A stretch of 64,000 nt of DNA from a bacterium. GTDB taxonomy: Bacteria > UBA10199 > 2-02-FULL-44-16 > JAAZCA01. Where the stretch lies: NCBI GenBank assembly GCA_963674695.2, contig CAXXGI010000002.1, forward strand, positions 768,001 to 832,000, read 5' to 3'. Shown here piece by piece: positions 26,401 through 35,852 of this stretch; the first letter of the stretch is position 1, and each line of letters starts with the position of its first letter. The notes beneath the pieces are model-generated. The model was not told where the DNA came from. It ran no database searches and worked only from the letters and a program-made list of their open reading frames with translations. The position numbers were made by a program, and so were the translations under genes.

Positions 26401-26587
26401 CCCGATGGCGCTGGCCATCGGTTGGGGATTGGCCTTTGCAACGCTGTGCACGCTCTTTGTCACGCCCTGTCTCTATGCGGCGATCGACGATGTGCACTGT
26501 TGGGCAGGCACTCATGTCCCGTTTTTGCGCTGTGACCGCGAACGCAATGCGCAGATTCGCGAGCGCAACCATTCGGATGAAGCGTGA
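23420..26587 (+). CDS. RND efflux permease (AcrB/AcrD/AcrF family)
   Basis: GMIVDDAIIIAENV, GVVVNNSIVL, RLRPIILT; about 1055 aa. Confidence 0.92.
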   Translation: MRRIFEFVVKQPLFVNLLTLLVVVAGMMAMLNLNRDVFPNIQLDIVIIQTAYPGSTPKEIEKLITIPIEKELKEVSDIKEMTSISLEGASTISIEIDPDAPDKSKVVTDIQRAVDRVDDLPDDLKDKPIVTEIETRNRPAVELSLSGDLSLEELSRHAEALETRILDLPDIAKVSLNGWRDREIWVEVDPQKVSELYLSLAQVVEALKERNVSIPGGTIFEGGREYLVRTVGEFMDAEGTKPVVIRANERGHWIRLSDIARVTDTFEPFTTIQRTNGHRAINLVAVKKERGDVIDVVDELKELVANYKTIAPTELDIRLVNDMSYYVQRRLNVLKSNGYVGFVLVLVCLFLFLTTRIAIATAVGIPIAFLTTFLVMQYAGITINLITMFGLIMVLGMIVDDAIIIAENVHRHIEDGMPIREAGVAGAYDVWRPVAATVITTIAAFAPLMFMTGIMGKFIRFIPLVVILALISSLLEAFIILPSHLVELERLPRMRAFGRLGNEWFTRWFDRQRDRYVRWLGTLIRHRWPFMSGVVFFFVMSLYVGFVHLPFVLFPQKGIEAFFVRAKAPVGTPVEEMERRMEPLERLIEETLPQSEWDDYVTHVGIQQNDDIDPFGERASHVGQILIHLKPSTQREMTSDELVELLRARKGELTGFTEVIFEKVRHGPPVGKSVVIRVRGDDFDILEAASEKIKQFLTEMPGVSDAKDTYEPGKDEIRVVVDDAAASRAGLSVQEVALAVRTAFDGMIATTVKKTDEEIDVRVRYPDASRYKEGAIEGVMIPNGNGNLIPIISVASFARGPGINAIRHYDRKRTIIVSASVDEKRATSISATEAVDREFHDIGREFPGVTLNYGGEWESTQESFTSLKIAMVMAAFIIFIVLAFQFQSLLQPVIVMLAVPYGFVGIVWAFFFHLEPKSFLAMVGAVGLAGVVVNNSIVLIDFTNKAKARGMTLREAIVEAARIRLRPIILTTVTTVLGLLPVAYGIMGFDPFIAPMALAIGWGLAFATLCTLFVTPCLYAAIDDVHCWAGTHVPFLRCDRERNAQIRERNHSDEA

Positions 26588-26590
26588 TGC

Positions 26591-26815
26591 TCACTTCGGT
26601 TTGATCCCTTCTTTCTCATCCATCGTCCTGCCGACCTCATAGCGAAAGATCGAGGAGACGGGCGGTGCGGATGCATCCGGTCGCTTCGCGATGGAATCCA
26701 TCACGAGTTCGCGCAGTTCCTCATCGCTCATGTCGAGTTTGCGCGCGATGAACTCGAGATGCCGCGCGGTGGTTGCGGGAATGCCCATGTGACGAAGGAG
26801 CTTGAGTGGGGCCAT
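26591..26815 (-). CDS. Small hypothetical protein
   Basis: AGGAGG RBS before ATG 26815; 74 aa; no recognisable motif. Confidence 0.5.
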   Translation of the reverse strand: MAPLKLLRHMGIPATTARHLEFIARKLDMSDEELRELVMDSIAKRPDASAPPVSSIFRYEVGRTMDEKEGIKPK

Positions 26816-27096
26816 GGTTGTCCTCCTGTGTTTCCTGCGCATTCCTTATCGGTTCGAGTGTAGCCCCAAGTTGCGTGGGCCGTGATTTTTCTGAAGGATA
26901 CGCGTCGTCATAAAGGGGGAAAAGTGCCGGCGCGTCAGCATCTCCGATGCACGCGCACAGTAATCGGAAGGAGTTTGGAGGGGAGAAGCCGCAACATCTG
27001 ATTATGTAAAAGAAATGACAGCGCTGTGTTGCGCGTAAAAAACTCGGGCCGGCACTTTCGCACCGGCCCGATTCAATTCCCATACTCGTATCAGGA

Positions 27097-27495
27097 TTAC
27101 GGAATCACGTTCATGGCCTTTTCGATCGTGGGTGTGCCCAAGACGATCCAGGTCTCGCCGTTTTTGCCGGCCGTGGCGTAGCAGTAGTCGAGGTCGACGC
27201 CGGCGGTGGCCAGCTGTTGCGACGCGCGAAAGAGCGTGCCTGCTTCGTTGCTCGTTTCGATGACGAGCACTTCCTTTTCATCAACCGTATAGCCCGCTTT
27301 TTCGAGGGAGCTCTTCGCGGCAGCGTTGTCGGAGGTGAGCACGAAGAAAGTAGCTTTGCCTTCGCCCTCGCGCCAGGCGCAGATAGCGTTGAGGTTCACC
27401 CGGGCCTCCGCAATCGGTCCCGTGACACGGGCGAGCGTTCCGGGTTTATCGTCGGCCGAGATCGACAGTTGCTGAGCTTTGAAGACGCGCGTCAT
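27097..27495 (-). CDS. ACT-domain protein (tandem ACT)
   Basis: DKPGTLARV...VNL and NEAGTL...VDL.Y.Y repeats; AGGAGG RBS. Confidence 0.85.
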   Translation of the reverse strand: MTRVFKAQQLSISADDKPGTLARVTGPIAEARVNLNAICAWREGEGKATFFVLTSDNAAAKSSLEKAGYTVDEKEVLVIETSNEAGTLFRASQQLATAGVDLDYCYATAGKNGETWIVLGTPTIEKAMNVIP

Positions 27496-27573
27496 GGAAA
27501 ACCTCCTGGTTGGAATAGGTGTGTGGGAAAAAACCTAGTATGACGCTGCAAGCATCGCAAGGGGAAAGGGAGC

Positions 27574-28323
27574 TTATGTTTTTTTGAAGTGAAGGAGAAA
27601 TTCGTGGTTCCCCTTCGCGCCGGTGATGGGGGAGTCGGCCATGCCGCAGCAGTTCCAGCCGATCGCGGTGGCCTCTGCGCGGACGCGTTCGATCGCCTCC
27701 GTGTGGGCGTCAGGGTCGGTGACGATTCCACCCTTGCCGACGCGATCACGGCTGACCTCGAACTGCGGTTTGACCAGGGCAATGATCTCGGCTCCGGCTT
27801 CGAGAAAGACGTCGATCGTTCGCATCACGAGCGTGAGCGAGATGAAGGAGAGGTCGATGACCGCCAGCTCGACGCCGTCGGGAATCTTGTCCGGATCCAT
27901 GGTGCGGATGTTGGTGCGTTCGATCACGATAACGCGTTCGTCCTGCGCGATCTTCCATGCCAGTTGTCCGTAGCCGACGTCGATGGCGTAGACGCGCTGT
28001 GCTCCGTTTTGCAGGAGGCAGTCGGTGAATCCCCCGGTCGAGGCCCCCACATCCATGCAGATGCGGCCGTCGATGCTGCAGCCGAAGCTCTCGATGGCAT
28101 GGGCGAGTTTCACGCCGCCGCGACTGACGAAGGCGTGGTCCCGCCCGCGGATACGGATGGAGACAGCCGGATCGACGAGTGTTCCCGGCTTCTCCGAGGG
28201 TTCATCCTCCACGAGGACGCATCCGGCCATGATGAGCGCCTGCGCCTTTTGGCGCGTCGGAGTCAGCTCACGTTCGACCAGCAGCTCATCGATGCGGACC
28301 TTTTTTGATCGCTTCGTCGCCAT
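27574..28323 (-). CDS. tlyA: TlyA rRNA 2'-O-methyltransferase
   Basis: S4 domain, VSRGGVKL, DVGASTGGFTD, DLSFISL, KPQFE, G.KGN.EF. Confidence 0.93.
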   Translation of the reverse strand: MATKRSKKVRIDELLVERELTPTRQKAQALIMAGCVLVEDEPSEKPGTLVDPAVSIRIRGRDHAFVSRGGVKLAHAIESFGCSIDGRICMDVGASTGGFTDCLLQNGAQRVYAIDVGYGQLAWKIAQDERVIVIERTNIRTMDPDKIPDGVELAVIDLSFISLTLVMRTIDVFLEAGAEIIALVKPQFEVSRDRVGKGGIVTDPDAHTEAIERVRAEATAIGWNCCGMADSPITGAKGNHEFLLHFKKT

Positions 28324-28363
28324 AGGTATTTTTATTATACAGTACCAATACTGTAAATAGCAG

Positions 28364-28400
28364 AAAAAATCCCCTTCGCCTGTGAAGCAAAGGGGATTTT
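28364..28400 (-). terminator. Rho-independent terminator
   Basis: AAAATCCCCTT/AAGGGGATTTT stem downstream of the SHOCT gene. Confidence 0.7.
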
Positions 28401-28418
28401 ATGAGTTATATGAACTCG

Positions 28419-29375
28419 TTAGAGGTCCTTGAGGATTTCCTTCCGCTTGGCATCATATTCCTTCTTGTTGATCAGCCCCTCTTTCTGCAGGCGATCCAAC
28501 TCGCGCAGGCGCTCGGCCGTGGCCGATGTGGCTGGTGCTGCACTCGGAGCCGAGGAAGAAGCCGTCGTCCCCGCCATCGAAGCGCCGGCCGTCGCTCCCG
28601 CCGCGACGGGAACGGGTGCTGCTGGGGCGGCCATCACCGGAGGAGGGGTCTTGGCGGCCTTTGCCTTCTTCTCCTTCTTGGCGCTCTCCTGTGCGGTCTT
28701 GCCGTAGGTCTCCACCTTCTGTCCGGACATCGTATAGTCGATGAGCGGTGTCTTCACCATGCCGGGCTTGGTGGCGTAATCGTAATTCAGATCGAGGATG
28801 AGCGTCTCGAGGTCATTGGCCGCCATGGTCTGTCCCGGAGCCAGCTCCAGTTTCACCCGTAGGCCTCGTGCCTTCGATGCGGCGCGCGCCTCGTTTCCGC
28901 GCTTGTCGATATCGCCGGTGATCTTCGCATAGAGCTTCATGAAGTGAATGTAGAGCTTGTTGCCCGAAATCCACATGCTGGCGATGTTGAGGCGATCGTT
29001 GCGCAGGATGAAGATCGGGTTCTTGGAGAGATACGAGATGATCACCTGTTCCATCGGGGTGGCCTTGGCAAAGGCACGCACGATTCCGGGTGCCAAAAAA
29101 TCGATCGCGTCGTCGTCGAAGACGCGCTGCGTGTCGACCTCTTTCTTGAGCACATAGCCACGGGAGAGCTTCACCGACTCGAGCGCGGCGCGCACCCCCT
29201 GTTCGTTGAGCGTCATCGGATGGGTCATGCGGCGCGCCTCGGCCTCACTCCCTTTGATTTCTTTGACCTTCACATAGTTGAAACGGTGGTTGGTGACGAT
29301 ATAGGTCGTCTTGGCGGCCCAGCTCGCAGCTGGCGCCATGATGATGATCAAGGCCGTGAGTAGGATGCGTTTCAT
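28419..29375 (-). CDS. Secreted protein with C-terminal SHOCT domain
   Basis: Signal peptide (ASWA), Ala/Pro linker, 'ERLRELDRLQKEGLINKKEYDAKRKEIL'; AGGAGG RBS. Confidence 0.8.
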   Translation of the reverse strand: MKRILLTALIIIMAPAASWAAKTTYIVTNHRFNYVKVKEIKGSEAEARRMTHPMTLNEQGVRAALESVKLSRGYVLKKEVDTQRVFDDDAIDFLAPGIVRAFAKATPMEQVIISYLSKNPIFILRNDRLNIASMWISGNKLYIHFMKLYAKITGDIDKRGNEARAASKARGLRVKLELAPGQTMAANDLETLILDLNYDYATKPGMVKTPLIDYTMSGQKVETYGKTAQESAKKEKKAKAAKTPPPVMAAPAAPVPVAAGATAGASMAGTTASSSAPSAAPATSATAERLRELDRLQKEGLINKKEYDAKRKEILKDL

Positions 29376-29538
29376 GTGATCGATTCCTCCTGAAGAGAGA
29401 GACATGTATGATGTGTGCTGCGTGTAGCGCAGCTCTGTTCCCTTGTCCACGTCAAATGCGCCTCCAGTCGCAGGAGGGGGGTTTTCAATCGATGCGGTCT
29501 ATGGCACGATGGGGCAGTTCTGAAAGCCGTGGTTTGGT

Positions 29539-29571
29539 TGCCGCCGCACCCGATTTCCCCTCGCGGCGGCA
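29539..29571 (-). repeat. Truncated third copy of the 6707/9878 hairpin element
   Basis: GCACCCGATTTCCCCTCGCGGCGGC matches one arm of the other copies. Confidence 0.65.
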
Positions 29572-29619
29572 CATATGAATGTGAAGAAATGCCCACGTGT
29601 CGATCAGCGGGAGGTTTAA

Positions 29620-29988
29620 ATGGACGAACAACAGATCCCCGAGATTCCTGTCGCACAACCGGTTGCACCCTCGCCGCAGCCGGCCGGAACGGCGCAGAAT
29701 GCGAGCACCCGAGCCACGTTGGCGCTCGTGTTGGGGGTGCTCTCGATCCTCTGCCTCGGGTTTTTCACCGGCATTCCTGCCTTCATCATCGGCTCGATGG
29801 AGCTCAAGGATATCCGGGCGGGGCGCGCGCCCGCAGCGGGCGAGGGGTTGGCCAAGGTGGGATATGTGCTCGGCATCGTCGGATCGATCCTGTCCTGCCT
29901 GGCCATGCTCGTCTTTATCGGTTTGCTCGTGCTGGGCATCACGTTCGGTGCGCAACAGGCTGTGCAGAACACGAGCTTCATTTTATAA
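29620..29988 (+). CDS. DUF4190-type membrane protein
   Basis: A.LALVLGVLS...G...L..I......GEGLA..G.VLG; GGAGG RBS. Confidence 0.8.
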   Translation: MDEQQIPEIPVAQPVAPSPQPAGTAQNASTRATLALVLGVLSILCLGFFTGIPAFIIGSMELKDIRAGRAPAAGEGLAKVGYVLGIVGSILSCLAMLVFIGLLVLGITFGAQQAVQNTSFIL

Positions 29989-30016
29989 AGCTGGGGCATG
30001 TCCTCATTTCATAGGG

Positions 30017-30087
30017 TGTCATTCCCGCGAACGCGGGAATCTCGATTGTCAGTGTACGTCGAGATCCCCGCCTGCGCGGGGATGACA
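30017..30087. repeat. REP-like palindrome doublet
   Basis: TGTCATTCCCGCGAACGCGGGAATCTCGA...TCGAGATCCCCGCCTGCGCGGGGATGACA. Confidence 0.85.
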
Positions 30088-30112
30088 AAAACCAAGATTC
30101 CGCCTCTCGCCT

Positions 30113-30676
30113 ATGCGTGTTATTGCCGGAAGTGCAAAAGGCCACAAGCTGGTGGCGCCGCCCTCGAACCGGACGCGTCCGGTGCTCGATCAGGTCAAGG
30201 AAGCCATCTTCAACATCCTCTTCGACGTGACGGATCTGCGCGTGGGCGACTTCTTCGCCGGCTCGGGTGCCGTCGGCATCGAGGCGCTCTCGCGCGGGGC
30301 GCGCGACGCGGTCTTCGTCGAATCCTGGTCTCCGGCCGTGGAGGTCATCCGCCGTAATCTTGCGCACACACGGCTTGAGGATCGCGCGATCGTCATCGCT
30401 CGCCCGGTCGATATCGCCATCGCCCAGTTGGGCCGCCAGGGGCGCCGCTTCGACCTGATCTTCGTCGATCCTCCCTACGAGCGCGATCTCGTCGGTCCCA
30501 CGCTCGAGCGGATTGCCGAGCAGGAGCTTTTGGCCCCGGCCGGCCGTATCGTCGTCGAACACCATCCGAAGGAGCCCATCCAAGCGCCGCCAGGCCTTGT
30601 CTTGACCGATACCCGGAAATATGGTCAGACGCGCATATCTTTCCTCGAACCAACCTCGAAGGATATCTCCAGCTGA
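30113..30676 (+). CDS. rsmD: 16S rRNA m2G966 methyltransferase
   Basis: MRVIAG, TRP, FAGSG, EALSRG, DPPY. Confidence 0.92.
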   Translation: MRVIAGSAKGHKLVAPPSNRTRPVLDQVKEAIFNILFDVTDLRVGDFFAGSGAVGIEALSRGARDAVFVESWSPAVEVIRRNLAHTRLEDRAIVIARPVDIAIAQLGRQGRRFDLIFVDPPYERDLVGPTLERIAEQELLAPAGRIVVEHHPKEPIQAPPGLVLTDTRKYGQTRISFLEPTSKDISS

Positions 30677-30685
30677 GGAGTACAT

Positions 30686-31186
30686 ATGAGCACCACGGCT
30701 ATTTGCGCCGGCAGCTTTGATCCGCCAACGAACGGTCATATCAATATCATCGAGCGGGGTCTGAAGATTTTCGACCGCATCGTCATCGCGGTGGCGGTCA
30801 ACACGCGCAAGCAGCCCATCTTCAACGTCGACGAGCGGCTGACGATGTTGCGCGAGATCTTCAAGGACGACGCGGATATCGAGATCGATACGTTCAATGG
30901 GCTCCTGGTCGACTATGCGCGCAAGCGAGGCGTGCACACCATTCTGCGCGGCCTGCGTACGAACGAGGACTATCAGTACGAGTCGCAGATGGCGCTGGCG
31001 AACAAGACCCTCGATCCAGAGATCGAGATCCTCTATATGATGACGGAGGGGAAGTACGCCCACCTGAGTTCCTCGATCATCAAAGAGATCATCGCCTGCG
31101 GGGGCAGCGGTCACGGCATGCTCCACCCCGTTGTGGAAGCGCGCTTGAAGGAGAAGATATTGCGGTCGTCCTGCGCGAATGCGTGA
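30686..31186 (+). CDS. coaD: Pantetheine-phosphate adenylyltransferase
   Basis: GSFDPPTNGH, RGLR...DYQYE, LSSS. Confidence 0.95.
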   Translation: MSTTAICAGSFDPPTNGHINIIERGLKIFDRIVIAVAVNTRKQPIFNVDERLTMLREIFKDDADIEIDTFNGLLVDYARKRGVHTILRGLRTNEDYQYESQMALANKTLDPEIEILYMMTEGKYAHLSSSIIKEIIACGGSGHGMLHPVVEARLKEKILRSSCANA

Positions 31187-31212
31187 GGCGCACGAAAAGG
31201 AAGGCACCATTC

Positions 31213-32412
31213 ATGATGCATCTCTCAAAGCGGGCAGAGCAGCTCAAACCCTCGGCGACGCTGGCCATGGCGGCCAAAGCGGCGAAAATGCGCCGGGACG
31301 GCATCGATGTCATCAGCTTCGCCACCGGTGAACCCGATTTCGACACGCCCGCGCACATCTGTGCGGCGGGAAAGCGCGGCATCGATGCGGGGCTGACGCG
31401 CTATCCCCCCAGCCGCGGCACGCCGGAACTCATCGACGCCATCCGTGAAAAGCTCGCGCGCGAAAACGGCCTTTCCTACGAGGCCGACGAGGTAGCCGTT
31501 AGCTGTGGCGCGAAGCAGGCCATCTACAACGCCCTGCAGGTGATGGTCGATCCGGGCGACGAGGTGGTGCTCATCGCTCCCTACTGGGTCTCCTATCCCG
31601 CGCAGGTGCGCCTCGCCGGGGGAGAGCCCGTCGTCGTCTCCACCGATGCGGAGACGAACTTCAAGGTCACGCCGGCGATGCTGGGCAGTGCGATCACCGA
31701 GCGCACCCGCGCGGTCATCCTCAATTCGCCGTGCAACCCGTCGGGCAGCGCCTACACCAAGGCGGAACTCGCTGCGTTGGGCGAGCTGCTCGTCGAGCGG
31801 GGTGTTGCGGTGATCGCCGACGAAATCTATGAGAAGCTCGTCTACGATGGCTTTGTCAGCACCTCGATCGTCGCAGCCTGTCCGAAGCTGAAGGCGCAGA
31901 CGATCCTCATCAACGGCGTGGCCAAGGCCTATGCCATGACCGGTTGGCGCATGGGGTATGCGGCCGGCCCGGCGTCGGTGATCGCCAAAATGATTTCGCT
32001 CTCGGGTCAGCAGCTCACCGGGATTGCGCCGTTCGTTCAGAGCGCGTGCGTCGAAGCCCTGTCGGGGCCGCAGGAGGAGGTCGAGCGCATGCGCGCCGCG
32101 TTCGCCGAGCGCCGCGATCGGATGCTGGAACTGCTTCGAGCGATTCCGGATGTGCGCTGTCATCGTCCGGAAGGGACCTTCTATCTCCTGCCGGATCTGT
32201 CCGCCTTCATCGGTCGGTATGCAGGGGAGTTTGCCATCGCCGATGCGACGGCGTTGGCGCAGTACCTGTTGGAGGAAGGACACATCGCGACGGTTTCCGG
32301 CGATGCGTTCGGAATACCGGGGCATGTGCGCTTTTCCTATGCCACGTCGATGGAACAGATCGAAGCGGGAGTCGCGCGCCTGGCCGATGCGCTCGGGCGA
32401 TTGCAGAAATAA
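31213..32412 (+). CDS. PLP-dependent class I/II (aspartate-type) aminotransferase
   Basis: GEPDFDTP, PYWVSY, NSPCNPSG, DEIY, KAYAMTGWR. Confidence 0.92.
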   Translation: MMHLSKRAEQLKPSATLAMAAKAAKMRRDGIDVISFATGEPDFDTPAHICAAGKRGIDAGLTRYPPSRGTPELIDAIREKLARENGLSYEADEVAVSCGAKQAIYNALQVMVDPGDEVVLIAPYWVSYPAQVRLAGGEPVVVSTDAETNFKVTPAMLGSAITERTRAVILNSPCNPSGSAYTKAELAALGELLVERGVAVIADEIYEKLVYDGFVSTSIVAACPKLKAQTILINGVAKAYAMTGWRMGYAAGPASVIAKMISLSGQQLTGIAPFVQSACVEALSGPQEEVERMRAAFAERRDRMLELLRAIPDVRCHRPEGTFYLLPDLSAFIGRYAGEFAIADATALAQYLLEEGHIATVSGDAFGIPGHVRFSYATSMEQIEAGVARLADALGRLQK

Positions 32413-32419
32413 TCATGTT

Positions 32420-32451
32420 GTTGTCATTCCCGCGGAAGCGGGAATGACAAC
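32420..32451. repeat. Minimal REP-like palindrome
   Basis: GTTGTCATTCCCGC-GGAA-GCGGGAATGACAAC. Confidence 0.85.
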
Positions 32452-32494
32452 GAAGGAACTCGATAACGTTTTTTTTACATAGAGGAGCAACGAC

Positions 32495-33916
32495 ATGGAA
32501 CTCTGGAAGAACACGGAAGAGATGAACACGGACAACAATGGCATCTATGCCATCAAAGGCGACACGCTCGACGTGGTCGACGAACATCGCTTTCGCAATG
32601 GGATGGACCGGTTGGCCTGGAATGCGGTCTTCAACCCCGAGGCGGGCGTGCGCGACACGGCGCGCTGGATCATCTGGGAAGGATCGCAGGCGCTCGGCTG
32701 TCCCTCGGCCTCGATCAACGACCTCTATATGGCGCGCGCCAAGGATGACTGGAAGGGCATGACCGTCCCGGCGATCAATGTGCGCGGCATGACCTATGAC
32801 GTCGCGCGCACGCTCTTCAAGGTGCTCGGGCGCCACAACGCCGCGGCCTGTCTCTTTGAGATCGCCAAGTCGGAGATGCTCTATACCGAACAGCGCCCCG
32901 CAGAATATGTGAGCGTGATCCTCGCCGCGGCATTGCGCGAGGGATGGAAGGCGCCGGTCTTCATCCAGGGCGATCACATCCAGGCGAATGCGAAAAAATT
33001 TGCCGCCGATGCCAATGCGGAACTGAAGGGCATGAAGGACCTGATCGCCGAGGCCATCGCCGCGGGTTTCTACAATATCGACATCGATACCTCCACGCTC
33101 GTCGATCTGGACAAGCCCACGGTCGCCGAGCAGCAGCGGTTCAACTTCGAGGCGGCGGCGGAGCTCACCAAGCATATCCGCGCCTGCGAGCCCAAGGGCG
33201 TGACCGTCTCCGTCGGCGGCGAGATCGGCGAGGTGGGAACGAAGAACTCCACGCCGGAAGAACTGGCGGCGTTCGTCGAGGGGTATAACAACGCGCTCGG
33301 CAAGGATCTCGTCGGGATGAGCAAGGTCTCCGTCCAGACCGGCACGAGCCACGGCGGCGTCGTTCTGCCGGACGGTTCGATCGCCGAGGTCGCCATCGAC
33401 TTCAAGGTGATCGACGAGTTGGGCCGGATGTGTCGCGAGCAGTACGGCATCGGTGGCGTGGTGCAGCACGGCGCCTCCACGCTTCCCGAGTCGGCGTTTC
33501 ACAACTTTCCCGAGCATCAGGCCGTCGAGGTCCATCTGGCCACCGGGTTTCAGAACACCATCTTCGATTCGACCTCTTTCCCGAAGGCGTTCAAAGAGCA
33601 GATCTACGCCTGGCTCGATACGAATGCGGCCTCCGATCGCAAGCCGGATATGACGCCGGAGCAGTTCTATTACAAGGCGCGCAAGCGCGGATTCGGTCCG
33701 TTCAAGCGCGAATTCTGGTCGCTCACCGACAACACGCGCGCCACGCTCATGTCGGAGCTGGCGCGCCAGTTCGACATGCTCTTCACCCGCCTGGGTGTGG
33801 AGGGGAGTCTCGAGCTCGTCGAGCGCTTCATCAAACCGGCGCGCGTGCAGCAGTCGCGCACGGCAAGCGGGGTGACCGCCGTGATCGAACACGACGACAA
33901 CCCGAACGCCGACTGA
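32495..33916 (+). CDS. fba: Class II fructose-bisphosphate aldolase family protein
   Basis: PAINVR, FIQGDH, GGEIGEVG, GTSHGG, VQHGAST, HLATGFQ; GAGGAG RBS. Confidence 0.85.
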   Translation: MELWKNTEEMNTDNNGIYAIKGDTLDVVDEHRFRNGMDRLAWNAVFNPEAGVRDTARWIIWEGSQALGCPSASINDLYMARAKDDWKGMTVPAINVRGMTYDVARTLFKVLGRHNAAACLFEIAKSEMLYTEQRPAEYVSVILAAALREGWKAPVFIQGDHIQANAKKFAADANAELKGMKDLIAEAIAAGFYNIDIDTSTLVDLDKPTVAEQQRFNFEAAAELTKHIRACEPKGVTVSVGGEIGEVGTKNSTPEELAAFVEGYNNALGKDLVGMSKVSVQTGTSHGGVVLPDGSIAEVAIDFKVIDELGRMCREQYGIGGVVQHGASTLPESAFHNFPEHQAVEVHLATGFQNTIFDSTSFPKAFKEQIYAWLDTNAASDRKPDMTPEQFYYKARKRGFGPFKREFWSLTDNTRATLMSELARQFDMLFTRLGVEGSLELVERFIKPARVQQSRTASGVTAVIEHDDNPNAD

Positions 33917-33993
33917 TCGCGCTCGATTGTATTGCCTTTGAAATATCCGGGGCATGCCCGTATCGCGGCATGCCCCGGTCTGTATCCGAGGGC

Positions 33994-34021
33994 TTGCAAA
34001 TCAAGCGGTGAATGGTATAGT
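33994..34021 (+). promoter_or_regulatory. Putative sigma-70 promoter
   Basis: TTGCAA-16 nt-TATAGT with extended -10 TG, after a GC hairpin at 33947-33978. Confidence 0.55.
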
Positions 34022-34052
34022 CCAAAAAATTTATGAATTCCCAGGAGTTATC

Positions 34053-35660
34053 GTGATTCGACGTCGTTTGTTCCTCATCTTTCTGGCGATCTTCTTTGCG
34101 GCGTGTGCGGCCAAGACCGGTCCTCAGGTGACGCGCATCGATCTGGATGCGGATGACGATCCCTATTATCAATTCCTTCGTGCCGACCTGCACGCGCTGG
34201 CCGGTGAGACGAAGAAGTCCACCGTGGAGCTTGAAAAGCTCGTCGAGCAGTATCCGGACATGGCCTTCTTTCACTATCTGTTGGCGGTCAACTATGGTCA
34301 GTCGCGTCGGGTGGCACAGGCTATCGCCGAATGTCGACGCGCCATCGAGTTGAATCCGGAATTTGTCGATGCGATCGCTTTTTTGGGCGAGCTCTATTTG
34401 GCTCAACAGCTCTTCGACGATGCCATTCGTTCCTTCACGCGTGCGATTCGTCTGGACCCCACGCGCGAGGATCTCTATCTCATGTTGGCGCGCGCTCAGA
34501 TCGGGCGCAAGGAGTACCGGCCGGCCGTGACGACCCTCAAGCGTCTGCTCGCGGTCAATCCTGATGCGGTCGTGGCTCACCTCTACATCGGGTCGATCGC
34601 CGAGCAGCATCTGAAGAATACCTCGCAGGCGCTCGCCTCCTATCGGGCCGCGCTCGCCATCGACCCGAATAACGCCGGTGCCTCCAACGCCATCGCGCAG
34701 ATTTATCTCCAGCGGAAGCAGCCCCAGAAGGCGCTGGCGACCTATCGGGAGTTGGCTCGTATCGAGCCGGACAACGTGGCGGTGCAGCTGCGCATCGCGC
34801 TCATCTACTATGAGATCAAAGACTACGATCGCGCCATCGAGGCCTTTTCGCAGATCATCGAGCGCAATCCGGAAGCGGACAAGATTCGATACTATCTGGG
34901 CATCCTCTATGAGAGCGTCGATCGAAACGAGCAGGCGCTCATCGAGCTCCAGCAGGTTCCCGCCAACTCGAGCTATTTTCAGGAGGCGCGGCTCCATATC
35001 GCGGCGCTGCTCCGAAAGAGCGGGCGCATCGATGCGGCGATCGCTTCGCTTGCCGAGGCGATCGAGGTGCGGCCGAAGACGGTTGAATTCTATGAATTCC
35101 TCGCGGCGCTTCATGAAGAACAGAAGGACTATCCTGCGGCGATTGCTGTGCTCGATCAGGGCGTGAAGGCGAACCCCACGAGCGAGCGCACCTTCTATCT
35201 GCTCGGCATTCTTCTGGAGCGGGCGCACGAGCGAGATCGCGCGCTCAAGGTGATGCATCGCGTGCTCGAACTCAATGCGCAGAACGCGGGCGCGCTCAAT
35301 TATATTGGCTACACCTATGCCGAGCGGGGCGAGCAGCTCGAGGAGGCGCAGGCCTATATCGAGCGTGCCCTCCAGGTGCGCCCGAACGATGGCTACATCA
35401 TCGACAGCCTCGCCTGGGTACGGCTGCAGCGGGGTGATGTCGATGGCGCGCTGGAACTGCTGATCAAGGCCAACGCGCTGGTGCCGAACGAGCCGACCGT
35501 GCTCTTCCATCTCGGCGAGGTCTATCGGCTCAAGGGAGAGAACGCGCGTGCCCTGGGTTCCTATCGGCGCGCGCTCAAGGCCGGTGAGAAACGCGCGGAG
35601 CAGGACGAAGAGGAACTCGGTCGCATTCGAGCGCGGATTGAGGAACTGGAACAGCGGTGA
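34053..35660 (+). CDS. TPR-repeat lipoprotein
   Basis: AGGAG RBS, GTG start, lipobox FAAC, many TPRs, ALNYIGYTYA, YIIDSLAW. Confidence 0.85.
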   Translation: MIRRRLFLIFLAIFFAACAAKTGPQVTRIDLDADDDPYYQFLRADLHALAGETKKSTVELEKLVEQYPDMAFFHYLLAVNYGQSRRVAQAIAECRRAIELNPEFVDAIAFLGELYLAQQLFDDAIRSFTRAIRLDPTREDLYLMLARAQIGRKEYRPAVTTLKRLLAVNPDAVVAHLYIGSIAEQHLKNTSQALASYRAALAIDPNNAGASNAIAQIYLQRKQPQKALATYRELARIEPDNVAVQLRIALIYYEIKDYDRAIEAFSQIIERNPEADKIRYYLGILYESVDRNEQALIELQQVPANSSYFQEARLHIAALLRKSGRIDAAIASLAEAIEVRPKTVEFYEFLAALHEEQKDYPAAIAVLDQGVKANPTSERTFYLLGILLERAHERDRALKVMHRVLELNAQNAGALNYIGYTYAERGEQLEEAQAYIERALQVRPNDGYIIDSLAWVRLQRGDVDGALELLIKANALVPNEPTVLFHLGEVYRLKGENARALGSYRRALKAGEKRAEQDEEELGRIRARIEELEQR

Positions 35661-35692
35661 CACGTCAGATTTCTGATCTTGTTTTCTCCTGT

Positions 35693-35790
35693 TGTCATTC
35701 CCGCGAAAGCGGGAATCTCGATTGTCATGGTCGATCGAGATCCCCGCTGGAGTTTACCCTCGAATGATTGAATCGGGGGCGGGGATGACA
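35693..35790. repeat. REP-like palindrome (long variant with internal insert)
   Basis: Same ends as the family; GCTGGAG...CGAATGATTGAATCGGGGG insert as at 9985-10082. Confidence 0.85.
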
Positions 35791-35852
35791 GTGCCAAGTT
35801 TTTCATCATATTGACGAGTCATGATATGCATGCACGGTTCACGAGGATGGGT

